Virus record (IMG/VR): IMGVR_UViG_3300032285_001005
Location: 1 to 59,617 of that record
Reading direction: 5' to 3' (one strand)
DNA: 59,617 nt
DNA from: a virus
Lineage: Duplodnaviria > Caudoviricetes
Program-made: the position numbers and the translations under genes
Shown: in pieces, positions 27,864 through 35,336 of the stretch
How the letters are laid out: each line of letters starts with the position of its first letter
How positions within the stretch are numbered: the stretch's first letter is position 1
The notes under the pieces: model-generated
The model's input: the letters and a program-made list of their open reading frames with translations, nothing else
Database searches by the model: none
Told to the model about the DNA's origin: nothing

Positions 27864-28312
27864 CACAAAGCGACGAAGAACTATCCAAGGTCATAGGATC
27901 GCATTTAGTGAAAGCAGGTGTGCATCCCATGACGGCGTCAGCCCTAATCAAAACCGCGATTGTCCATCGTGACATGACGAAAAGGCTGATGGAGACAAGT
28001 GACCAAGAGCAGAAGATGAACATCCTAGGCAATGCCACGGATATGATCATGAACATGCTTCTTGTTCAGTTGTTCCATTCAGCGGAAGCCAGTGGCTTAG
28101 AGGTTGGACGGATGAATTCCGTCTTGATCTCTGTGATGTTGAGCAAGGCGGCGACGGGATGCCTTTTGTCTACTGACACAGAGGACGATGCAAGGGACCT
28201 GTTTAAATCGGTGCAAGCGATTGCGTTCGATAAGACAGTTGAGATAACCGAACTATTCAAGGAACATCTTGAACTGTTGGAAAGAGAAAAGAAAAATGCT
28301 TCAATTCACTAA
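27860..28312 (+). CDS. Hypothetical protein
   Basis: ATGA coupling. Confidence 0.7.
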   Translation: MTQSDEELSKVIGSHLVKAGVHPMTASALIKTAIVHRDMTKRLMETSDQEQKMNILGNATDMIMNMLLVQLFHSAEASGLEVGRMNSVLISVMLSKAATGCLLSTDTEDDARDLFKSVQAIAFDKTVEITELFKEHLELLEREKKNASIH

Positions 28313-28736
28313 TGCCACGGAACTACGGAACCACTACGCGGAACTCAAGCGCAAGTTCCAAGGACCGAGGTACGTCAACTACGTGACACGGCCACAGCCT
28401 CCAAAACCACCGGAGCCTGAACCACCGAAGAGAAAGATATCAACAATCCCCGAACATCTTCTTGAACAATACCGCAAGGGTCCGGTGAACAAGAAGCGTC
28501 AGGCAGTGAACAAGATTATTGAAGAAGTGGGAGAAGTCCACGGGATGACCAAGAACCAAATCTTTTCAGGGTCACGGAAGAAACATATTGTTGCGGCCCG
28601 TCATGAGATTATGTATCGGGTACGCAATGAGGTCGGTATGTCCTACATCGAAATGGGGATTTACTTTAACAGAGACCACACTACAATTTTGAACTCAGTC
28701 TACAAACATTCACAGAGGTTGAAAGCAAATGGCTAA
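28296..28736 (+). CDS. DnaA C-terminal (domain IV) HTH protein
   Basis: SRKKHIVAARHEIMY...SYIEMGIYFNRDHTTILNSVYK. Confidence 0.85.
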   Translation: MLQFTNATELRNHYAELKRKFQGPRYVNYVTRPQPPKPPEPEPPKRKISTIPEHLLEQYRKGPVNKKRQAVNKIIEEVGEVHGMTKNQIFSGSRKKHIVAARHEIMYRVRNEVGMSYIEMGIYFNRDHTTILNSVYKHSQRLKANG

Positions 28737-29088
28737 CAGTATCAACGAAATCCTAGATCAGCGCGAGAAGACACACGGTAAATATGCTGACGTGTCAAAG
28801 CTCTCTCAGACTTTGAAAGAGATACTTCGTGACACACCCAACTGGGACAAACTCAACGACGGTCAGAAAGAGTCTCTTGAGATGATCTGCAACAAGCTTG
28901 GTCGGTTACTCAGTGGTGATGCACACTTCCGCGATCATTGGGATGATATTGGCGGGTACGCAGAACTAGGTCAAAGGTCCTCTGTTACCAGTCTGAATAC
29001 GGTTGAGAAGGACTTGGCTCTTGCTTTGTCTTTATCGAATGTCACGGCGATTGCAACGGCGGCAAAGGACGCTAAGAATGTATCTTGA
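28729..29088 (+). CDS. DUF6378-like phage protein
   Basis: ILDQREKTHG...KLGRLLSGD...DHWDDIGGYAEL. Confidence 0.7.
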   Translation: MANSINEILDQREKTHGKYADVSKLSQTLKEILRDTPNWDKLNDGQKESLEMICNKLGRLLSGDAHFRDHWDDIGGYAELGQRSSVTSLNTVEKDLALALSLSNVTAIATAAKDAKNVS

Positions 29089-29182
29089 GTTCTTGCTTTC
29101 GATCCTGATGCTGTCGCTTGGCGGCATCGGGATCTTGTCGGTGATCTTATTCTTATCTGGAAAGAAAAAACCTAATGCCTGA
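29078..29182 (+). CDS. Small membrane protein (34 aa, not in the ORF track)
   Basis: MYLEFLLSILMLSLGGIGILSVILFLSGKKKPNA. Confidence 0.55.
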   Translation: MYLEFLLSILMLSLGGIGILSVILFLSGKKKPNA

Positions 29183-29381
29183 CATAACGATGTGCAAAGG
29201 AGATACATGTGTGTTGTCGGAAACCTGTTATCGGTCCCCTGCCAGTGGCACGGAACCACACCCAACTAACCAGTCGTGGTTCATTGATGAGCCGTACTGG
29301 CGGGACGGGACCAACCGCCCAACAATCTGCGACTACTATTGGGAAGTCCGTAAAAGAAAGCCGGAGGTACACAGTGAATAG
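29175..29381 (+). CDS. Cys-rich phage protein
   Basis: MPDITMCKG..C.....CYR...QSWF...CDYYW. Confidence 0.75.
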   Translation: MPDITMCKGDTCVLSETCYRSPASGTEPHPTNQSWFIDEPYWRDGTNRPTICDYYWEVRKRKPEVHSE

Positions 29382-29601
29382 ACATGCTGATCCGATTACG
29401 ATTGATCACATCATTGCCTTACGCAAGCGCGTGGCAGAACTAGAGCGGCAGGTCGAGAACGCCATGTCGTGGGTGATTGCTAAGAAGAGAGAAGAAGAAA
29501 GGATGTTGGGGGCTTTGAAGCGGGTCGCGGATAATGCCTATGACAATCAGATGTTTCATCTGGGCTTGAATACTTTCAAGATGGAGGAACCAATACCATG
29601 A
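29374..29601 (+). CDS. Hypothetical coiled-coil protein
   Basis: GGAGG RBS before GTG 29374. Confidence 0.6.
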   Translation: MNRHADPITIDHIIALRKRVAELERQVENAMSWVIAKKREEERMLGALKRVADNAYDNQMFHLGLNTFKMEEPIP

Positions 29602-29717
29602 GAAAGTGGATCGTGCGCCACGAAGAAGTGGGCAAAGACATCTTAGCCTTGTGGGAGAACGACAACGGCGACAGGTGGTATGTGCAGGTCGTGATTAACG
29701 GGGAGGTGCAGTGGTGA
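29598..29717 (+). CDS. Hypothetical protein (39 aa, not in the ORF track)
   Basis: GGAGG RBS, ATGA coupling; MRKWIVRHEE... Confidence 0.6.
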   Translation: MRKWIVRHEEVGKDILALWENDNGDRWYVQVVINGEVQW

Positions 29718-30043
29718 TGGATAAAACAGAACAAATGGCTGCGGACATTGCTATGGCAATGAATGGAGGCGAATGGAAGGATGGCGATTGGTATGCCGAA
29801 GGACATCGTCAAGCATGGATAAAGGCGGTCAAACCATACTCTGATGAGATTGAACGGTTGCGGGGTTCATATGAAGACTGCATCAATGCTGTTGATACTA
29901 TAATCAATGACGGAATGACTGAGCCAGCAAAATTTGCCAAAATTCAACACAGTGGGTTTACCGCGTATAACTACATGATCGCAATGGCGGAAGACATAAA
30001 AGATGAAATTAAAAAACGGGCTGCACTGAAGGAGGGTGAGTGA
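29717..30043 (+). CDS. Hypothetical protein (DEIERLR...ALKEGE cassette)
   Basis: Coupled ORF. Confidence 0.7.
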   Translation: MDKTEQMAADIAMAMNGGEWKDGDWYAEGHRQAWIKAVKPYSDEIERLRGSYEDCINAVDTIINDGMTEPAKFAKIQHSGFTAYNYMIAMAEDIKDEIKKRAALKEGE

Positions 30044-30345
30044 TGCACGACGAAGTACAAATAACAAAGTTATTTTTGGAAAAGTTAAAGCCATATGATT
30101 TTAAGGCTACATTGGGTGTCTTTGAAAGTGGCGGTTATGTCCATGTCAACGTACAGGTGATTGGCGACAACAAAGAACACATAGACACATTCATCAATGA
30201 AACATATCAAGCCATCACGGATGGTGAAGTTATCTTTTCCAGAAGGCTTCCTGAATACGAAACAGTTAAAGATTTTGAAGCAAATGAATTAAAATATGGC
30301 GGTGGCTACAGGTTTTCCGTTAAAGCATTGAAGGAGGGTGAGTGA
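30040..30345 (+). CDS. Hypothetical protein (ALKEGE end)
   Basis: Coupled ORF. Confidence 0.7.
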   Translation: MMHDEVQITKLFLEKLKPYDFKATLGVFESGGYVHVNVQVIGDNKEHIDTFINETYQAITDGEVIFSRRLPEYETVKDFEANELKYGGGYRFSVKALKEGE

Positions 30346-30605
30346 TGGATATTGTAGAAAAATTGCGTTTGGTTGACTGTACGTTTTGGTATAAGCCACT
30401 TGGTCATGGGATTGATACAGACTTGGATGTTCCCGCTTATGAATTGGGAGCGTTGTCACATGAAGCCGCCGATGAGATTGAACGGTTGCGGGAAGCATTA
30501 GCCGATCTTGTGGCTGTCCAAAATGGGCCGCCATTAGTGACGTACACTGAGGCATGGGATGCAGCGATGGAAAAAGCGTATGCCGCACTGAAGGAGGGGG
30601 AGTGA
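30342..30605 (+). CDS. Hypothetical protein (MDIVEKLR...EAADEIERLR...ALKEGE)
   Basis: Coupled ORF. Confidence 0.72.
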   Translation: MMDIVEKLRLVDCTFWYKPLGHGIDTDLDVPAYELGALSHEAADEIERLREALADLVAVQNGPPLVTYTEAWDAAMEKAYAALKEGE

Positions 30606-30796
30606 TGGAAATATCATTTATTGATTGGGTAAATTCATTTCCAGAAACTCAGGAAGAGGCATCTAAAAGAATGACACTAACTCGCGATCAAGTTGAGAAG
30701 ATTGCTGTAGAAACAATGATGAGAGTATTAGAAGAAGATAGTAGCGATAATAAATTGAAGGAGAGTGAGGATGGCAATCAAGAAACACATCCGTGA
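30605..30796 (+). CDS. Hypothetical protein
   Basis: Starts at the ATG of the junction repeat. Confidence 0.65.
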   Translation: MEISFIDWVNSFPETQEEASKRMTLTRDQVEKIAVETMMRVLEEDSSDNKLKESEDGNQETHP

Positions 30797-31007
30797 CACA
30801 AAAGAACTATTGATTGATTGCGGAGTAGATGTAACCACGGTCGAGATTTCCAGAAAGCATTTGAAGTTTTTTGTACAGATCGGATCACACAAGCATCTAT
30901 TTGTACGATCTGCCAGCCCATCCGACAGTCGATCTACGCTGAACTTCAAGGGCGACGTGAGACGATGGATTAACGAAGTGAAAGGAAAGAACGATGGACG
31001 GGTTTAA
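30771..31007 (+). CDS. HicA-like protein
   Basis: RKHLKF...SASPSDSRSTLNFKGDVRR. Confidence 0.5.
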   Translation: MAIKKHIRDTKELLIDCGVDVTTVEISRKHLKFFVQIGSHKHLFVRSASPSDSRSTLNFKGDVRRWINEVKGKNDGRV

Positions 31008-31101
31008 AGATCTTTTTTATATGTCATTGGGTTTAACCATGGGTATTGGATTCGGCGTCATCCTTGTAATCTATGTTGCTAAGATAGTCTTCGGGTTCTG
31101 A
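30994..31101 (+). CDS. Small membrane protein (35 aa, not in the ORF track)
   Basis: MDGFKDLFYMSLGLTMGIGFGVILVIYVAKIVFGF; AAAGGA RBS. Confidence 0.6.
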   Translation: MDGFKDLFYMSLGLTMGIGFGVILVIYVAKIVFGF

Positions 31102-31105
31102 TGTC

Positions 31106-31330
31106 ATGGATGATCTGATCAAAAAGATAATGTCCTATCCAGTCTACGATGACAGCTTGGCACTATTCTATGAAAAATACCCTGAACCATATTGGCGCGT
31201 AGAGTTTTGCAACCGCGCCGCCCATTGTGTCAACTTGGGTGAAGCCACAGGCGATTACATTGCCGAAGGAAAAACCATAGAAGAAGCCTTTGAAAATCTC
31301 ATTAAGGTGCTGGACAATGAACAAGCGTAA
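31106..31330 (+). CDS. HicB N-terminal-like protein
   Basis: YWRVEF...IAEGKTIEEAFENL. Confidence 0.45.
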   Translation: MDDLIKKIMSYPVYDDSLALFYEKYPEPYWRVEFCNRAAHCVNLGEATGDYIAEGKTIEEAFENLIKVLDNEQA

Positions 31331-31596
31331 GTTGCTGACAGATCGCCAGAGTCTGGTACAATGCGGGAATGGAAAACGTGCCATGCGACTATCTGGCGGT
31401 AGACTGGAGCGGCATCCCATGGGTGCGGTTCGAGGAGTGCTATCGGGTGGACGGGAAGATATACATAGGACCAAGGTCCGAGGGCCGAGTTCCAATGACA
31501 ATGGAGATGGGTCGCTGTCGTGACAGTGACACGAAGAGCTATCCAAGATATCGGATAGGTGAGCGTGAATGGATATGTATTTTGAAAGGAAAATAG
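31317..31596 (+). pseudogene. Possibly frameshifted hypothetical gene (or intact ORF 31369..31596)
   Basis: ATG 31317 frame MNKRKLL joins QIARVWYNAGMENVPC... by a +1 shift near 31338. Confidence 0.35.
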
Positions 31597-31597
31597 G

Positions 31598-31789
31598 ATG
31601 CACGATACCCTTTTAACGATGATGTGTATTTGGGCGGCGGTCAAAGTCATGCAGACCATCAAGGAAATCTGGGAACATTTGGGATATCAGAACGAGACTA
31701 GGCTTCGGGATCAGATACGAGACCTGAAGAAAGAACTGGCCGCACTGAAGGGCGAGCCAGAGGAAAAATCATTTACACTTCTGGATTGA
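31598..31789 (+). CDS. Hypothetical membrane/coiled-coil protein
   Basis: Hydrophobic N-terminus; spanin-like architecture possible. Confidence 0.6.
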   Translation: MHDTLLTMMCIWAAVKVMQTIKEIWEHLGYQNETRLRDQIRDLKKELAALKGEPEEKSFTLLD

Positions 31790-31793
31790 TGGC

Positions 31794-32150
31794 ATGACAT
31801 TTGGGGAACGGTTAGCGGATAGGTTTGCGGCGGTCATTGGTTCATGGCGGTTCATCCTGACACAGACGATCTTATTGATCCTGTGGGTGCTGGTGAACGT
31901 CTTGAACATTTGGAAGTTCGACGCCTATCCTTTTACGTTCCTCAATCTCATCTTGTCGGTACAGGCCGCGTTCACTGGCCCGATCCTTTTGCTGTCCGCT
32001 AACCGAATGGCGTTACAGGACCGTCGTCGTGCCATGAAGAACCTGATCATTGACCAACAGGATCATGAGGTAATCATCCGAATGGAACAGCATATTGATA
32101 ACCATATGCACGAGTTAAGAGAAGACATCAGAAGTTTTATGGCGCAGTGA
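31794..32150 (+). CDS. DUF1003-domain membrane protein
   Basis: TFGERLADRFAAVIGSWRFI...FDAYPFTFLNLILSVQAA..GPILLLSANR. Confidence 0.85.
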   Translation: MTFGERLADRFAAVIGSWRFILTQTILLILWVLVNVLNIWKFDAYPFTFLNLILSVQAAFTGPILLLSANRMALQDRRRAMKNLIIDQQDHEVIIRMEQHIDNHMHELREDIRSFMAQ

Positions 32151-32151
32151 C

Positions 32152-32367
32152 ATGGGATCATACGACAACCGAGAAAGATTTAATCGCGTACAGGATAAGT
32201 TCTACGAGAACTTAAAGGACCAAAAGCAATGGGCAGATTACGTCCGCACCAAACATGAGTTGGGAACGGCGGGGCCGAACTCCTTAAAGGCTAAGATCAG
32301 TCGTGGCAATATTGCCCGCAGTAAAAAAGTACCTGTATCTTTACCGAAGATGTCTTGGGAAAAATAA
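32152..32367 (+). CDS. Hypothetical protein
   Basis: Closely packed ORF. Confidence 0.65.
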   Translation: MGSYDNRERFNRVQDKFYENLKDQKQWADYVRTKHELGTAGPNSLKAKISRGNIARSKKVPVSLPKMSWEK

Positions 32368-32843
32368 TGACAATTTCCGTAAGCTTGACCGAACAGGATT
32401 TAATCATGTGCCGACTCATTGGTAACATGCGTTCGCTTGTGGCACGGAATAACTCTGTAGGTGACAAAAAAATGGGAAGTCAATCTGGAAGTCAGATTGA
32501 CGAAGACGGAGTGATTGGAGAATTTGCTTTCTGCAAACACTTCAATATATTTTTTGATATGGGACTGTCGCCACGAAGTGGAAGTTATGATTGTCTGTTA
32601 AGGGGTAAGCGGGTAGATGTGAAAACAACCCGATACAAATCAGGTCGGCTTCTTGCTACAACAAAAATTAATTACGACGTGGATATTTATGTGCTTGCTA
32701 TTTTGGAAGATAACACCGTGACGTTTGTCGGGTGGACTGAAAGAGAAATACTTACGTCCGCAGAAAACCTTAAAGACCTTGGCCGTGGTGAAGGATACAG
32801 CTTGGATCAAAGCGCCTTAAAATCTTTTTCAAAACAGGCTTGA
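32367..32843 (+). CDS. PD-(D/E)XK nuclease-like protein
   Basis: GVIGEFAF...YDCLL...VDVKTT...DIYVL. Confidence 0.6.
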   Translation: MTISVSLTEQDLIMCRLIGNMRSLVARNNSVGDKKMGSQSGSQIDEDGVIGEFAFCKHFNIFFDMGLSPRSGSYDCLLRGKRVDVKTTRYKSGRLLATTKINYDVDIYVLAILEDNTVTFVGWTEREILTSAENLKDLGRGEGYSLDQSALKSFSKQA

Positions 32844-32872
32844 CAGTTTGAATTGGCAGTTATAGATATAAT
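32840..32872 (+). promoter_or_regulatory. Promoter, near-duplicate of 25542
   Basis: TTGACAGTTTGAATTGGCAGTTATA versus TTGACAGTTTTAATTGGCACTTATA. Confidence 0.65.
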
Positions 32873-32902
32873 TTATCGCGTTATCGAAGAAAGGAAAGAG
32901 CG

Positions 32903-33238
32903 ATGAGAGCAATACTTATAGACCCAGTTGAAAAGTCCTTCACAGAAATCGAGTACAACGGCAACTGGAAGACAATAGCGCCTACCCTTGGATGCGAGTT
33001 GTTCGATGTTGTCTACACAGACTTTGGCGACGTGTACGTAGACGACGAAGGTCTCTTGAAACCTGACCAGAAATTTTTCCACATTCGCGGGATGTCTCAA
33101 CCATTCGCCGGACGTGGTCTTGTGTTTGGTCTTGTTGGGCCGGAAGGGGAAACAACCCCTGCCACTGTATCGATTGAGGATTTAGAGTTGAACGTTAAGT
33201 TCATGACACGTCAAAAAGTCATGGAGATGTTTGCTTAG
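32903..33238 (+). CDS. DUF3846-like protein
   Basis: MRAILIDP...VYVDDEGLL...PFAGRGLVFG. Confidence 0.65.
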   Translation: MRAILIDPVEKSFTEIEYNGNWKTIAPTLGCELFDVVYTDFGDVYVDDEGLLKPDQKFFHIRGMSQPFAGRGLVFGLVGPEGETTPATVSIEDLELNVKFMTRQKVMEMFA

Positions 33239-33239
33239 A

Positions 33240-33330
33240 GTTTCACGTCGCCTCCCGATGTGAACCGCGAGTTTTAGATTACCTCCCTTTTCTCGCGGCA
33301 GACTGGCCCCGCTTCGGCGGGGCCTTTTTT
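33240..33330 (+). ncRNA. Candidate three-hairpin sRNA with anti-SD (CCUCC) loops
   Basis: Stems 33242-33264 (loop CCTCC) and 33265-33298 (loop contains GATTACCTCCC), then a terminator. Confidence 0.6.
33305..33330 (+). terminator. Intrinsic terminator
   Basis: GGCCCCGC-TTCG-GCGGGGCC-T6. Confidence 0.92.
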
Positions 33331-35200
33331 ATAGGTCTAAGGGAGTTGTGGCCGCGCCCCACGACGGGCCAACTTCGGCGTCTACAATCGATGGTACGCG
33401 AAGCATAACACAGTTCTCCATGATCTCCTTTGCCCTACGTCCAGTTTCTTTGTTGGGCAATGACAGTGCGAGTTCGTCATGGATTTGGATCATGGGAAGA
33501 ATACCCTCGTCAGCTAGATCGACCAAAGCCTTCTTGGTCTGATCAGCCGCTGATCCTTGAATCAAGGAGTTCAAAGCTTTGTACGTGAACGCCCGACGGA
33601 TACCAGCGCCATACTCTGCAAAGGCTTCCTTGTGTGGCAGGGGCTTGTGAACGCCGAAGCTTGCGGGTTCCCATTTGTCATACCTGCACTTACGACCGAG
33701 CAAGGTTCTGATCGATCCATTCTTACCTGCGCGATCCGATGCAAACTCGCTGAGTTGTTTAACAAACGGAACTTCTTCGTGATACCTTGCAAAGAGTTCT
33801 TTGGCGACGGTAAGATCAAGACCAAGTTGTCCTGCCAGCTTCGTGACACCCATGCCATAGAACAGGCCAAGGTTAATTGTCTTCGCCTGCTTCCGTGGCA
33901 CACCTACAATGTCAGCGGCAATCTGGTGAAAGTCCGAGCGTGGGTCATCGCGGTACTGTGCCACGAATTCGTCTGCGCCTTTCATCTTGGCGACCGAAGC
34001 GTAGTGGACCACGATCCGAGGTTCTTGGGACGAGTAATCGAAAGCGCCCCACTGACAACCTTCTTCCGGTAAGAACAAACTCCGAATCATAGGACCGATG
34101 ATCTCGTCCCGTGATGGGATTTGCTGGAGGTTCGGGTTCGAGTAACTGAACCGTCCAGTGATCGTCCCGCCCTCGTCGCCCCGCAACTGGTGGATGTCAG
34201 CATGGATGCGGCCATTGTGTTGATGCTTCATGATCGTTTCGATGAACGTCGTGCGAGCCTTGTTGAGTTCCCGCGCCTTGACGATCATCTGCGGCAGAGC
34301 GTGTTCATGAGAGGACAGAAAATCCTTGGTGAAACTTGGCGCACCCGTGCCGCCCGTCTTTGGATATTCCAACCCAGCGGCGTCGAATACCTTTGCCACA
34401 GAAGCTGCGGCCCAGATGTCAGGGCTATGACCGTAATCATCCTTGATCTTTTTAATGAGTGCGCGTTCTTGTTTTTCAAGATCGGTCTGCGCTCTGTCGG
34501 CGGCATCCAGATCAACACGAACACCACGCGACCGCATGTCGATGATGGCCCGCAAGACACGCAGTTCGAGTTCGAAGATGTCTGTCACTTCTTCCTTGAC
34601 GAGCAATCCTTTGAAGAGGTCCCAAAGTTTCAAGGTCAGAGAAGCGTCTTGCTCGGCGTATGGTCCGACGTATTGCGGTGGAAGCTTGTACATCTCAGCT
34701 TTTGCATCCACGCCCCACTCGTTAGCGGCGACGGTCAGAAGCTTTTCGTCCTTACGATTTGCTAGATAGTCTTTGCCAAGATTGTTTAGCGAATAGCTAA
34801 AACGGTTCTCGTCCAGCAGAGGAGCGGCGACCATCGTGTCAATGATCCGGCCCTTGATCTCGACGCCCTCGGCGCGAAGCCAACCCACGTCATACATCGC
34901 ATTATGAAAAACATATGTCTTGCGGGGATCAGAACACAGGTCCTTCATCCAGCGCATGACACGCTTCGGGTCCATGTTGCCACCGTTCAAATGGCGGATA
35001 GGAAAGTACCAAGCTTCACCACGAACAGCGACTGCCACGCCAATGATGTGACCAGTCTTTGTAGGCCAGCCACTACCTTTTGTTTTTAGTTCGGGGTCGT
35101 AGGTTTCAAGATCGATTGCGATCTCTACTTCACCTGACAGGTCTGGCAGACTGTCTGGAGCGCACCATTCTGATTCCGTTCTCAACAGGGGTAACTGCAT
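33329..35200 (-). CDS. polA: DNA polymerase family A with 3'-5' exonuclease
   Basis: IDLET, FHNAMYD, TGRFSYSNPNLQQIP, DYSSQE, KTINLGLFYG, IQGSAAD, QIHDEL. Confidence 0.95.
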   Translation of the reverse strand: MQLPLLRTESEWCAPDSLPDLSGEVEIAIDLETYDPELKTKGSGWPTKTGHIIGVAVAVRGEAWYFPIRHLNGGNMDPKRVMRWMKDLCSDPRKTYVFHNAMYDVGWLRAEGVEIKGRIIDTMVAAPLLDENRFSYSLNNLGKDYLANRKDEKLLTVAANEWGVDAKAEMYKLPPQYVGPYAEQDASLTLKLWDLFKGLLVKEEVTDIFELELRVLRAIIDMRSRGVRVDLDAADRAQTDLEKQERALIKKIKDDYGHSPDIWAAASVAKVFDAAGLEYPKTGGTGAPSFTKDFLSSHEHALPQMIVKARELNKARTTFIETIMKHQHNGRIHADIHQLRGDEGGTITGRFSYSNPNLQQIPSRDEIIGPMIRSLFLPEEGCQWGAFDYSSQEPRIVVHYASVAKMKGADEFVAQYRDDPRSDFHQIAADIVGVPRKQAKTINLGLFYGMGVTKLAGQLGLDLTVAKELFARYHEEVPFVKQLSEFASDRAGKNGSIRTLLGRKCRYDKWEPASFGVHKPLPHKEAFAEYGAGIRRAFTYKALNSLIQGSAADQTKKALVDLADEGILPMIQIHDELALSLPNKETGRRAKEIMENCVMLRVPSIVDAEVGPSWGAATTPLDL

Positions 35201-35327
35201 ATTTCTCAGCTTTCATCATTCTGCCACAGGTACATCTAGGCCATTTTAATGTGACAGTTTTTAGTGGCACTACGATTTTTCCATAGTCGCCACAGACACA
35301 ACTTATTGATACACGTTCTTCATTCAT
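35130..35327 (-). CDS. Small Zn-ribbon-like protein
   Basis: CVCG...CTCG; fills the gap between helicase and polymerase. Confidence 0.5.
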   Translation of the reverse strand: MNEERVSISCVCGDYGKIVVPLKTVTLKWPRCTCGRMMKAEKYAVTPVENGIRMVRSRQSARPVR

Positions 35328-35336
35328 AATTCTATC

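Larger units (their letters stand above)
30023..30607 (+). repeat. Three 23-bp gene-junction repeats GCAYTGAAGGAGGGKGAGTGATG
   Basis: 30023-30045, 30325-30347 and 30585-30607; degenerate copy at 30752. Confidence 0.9.
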
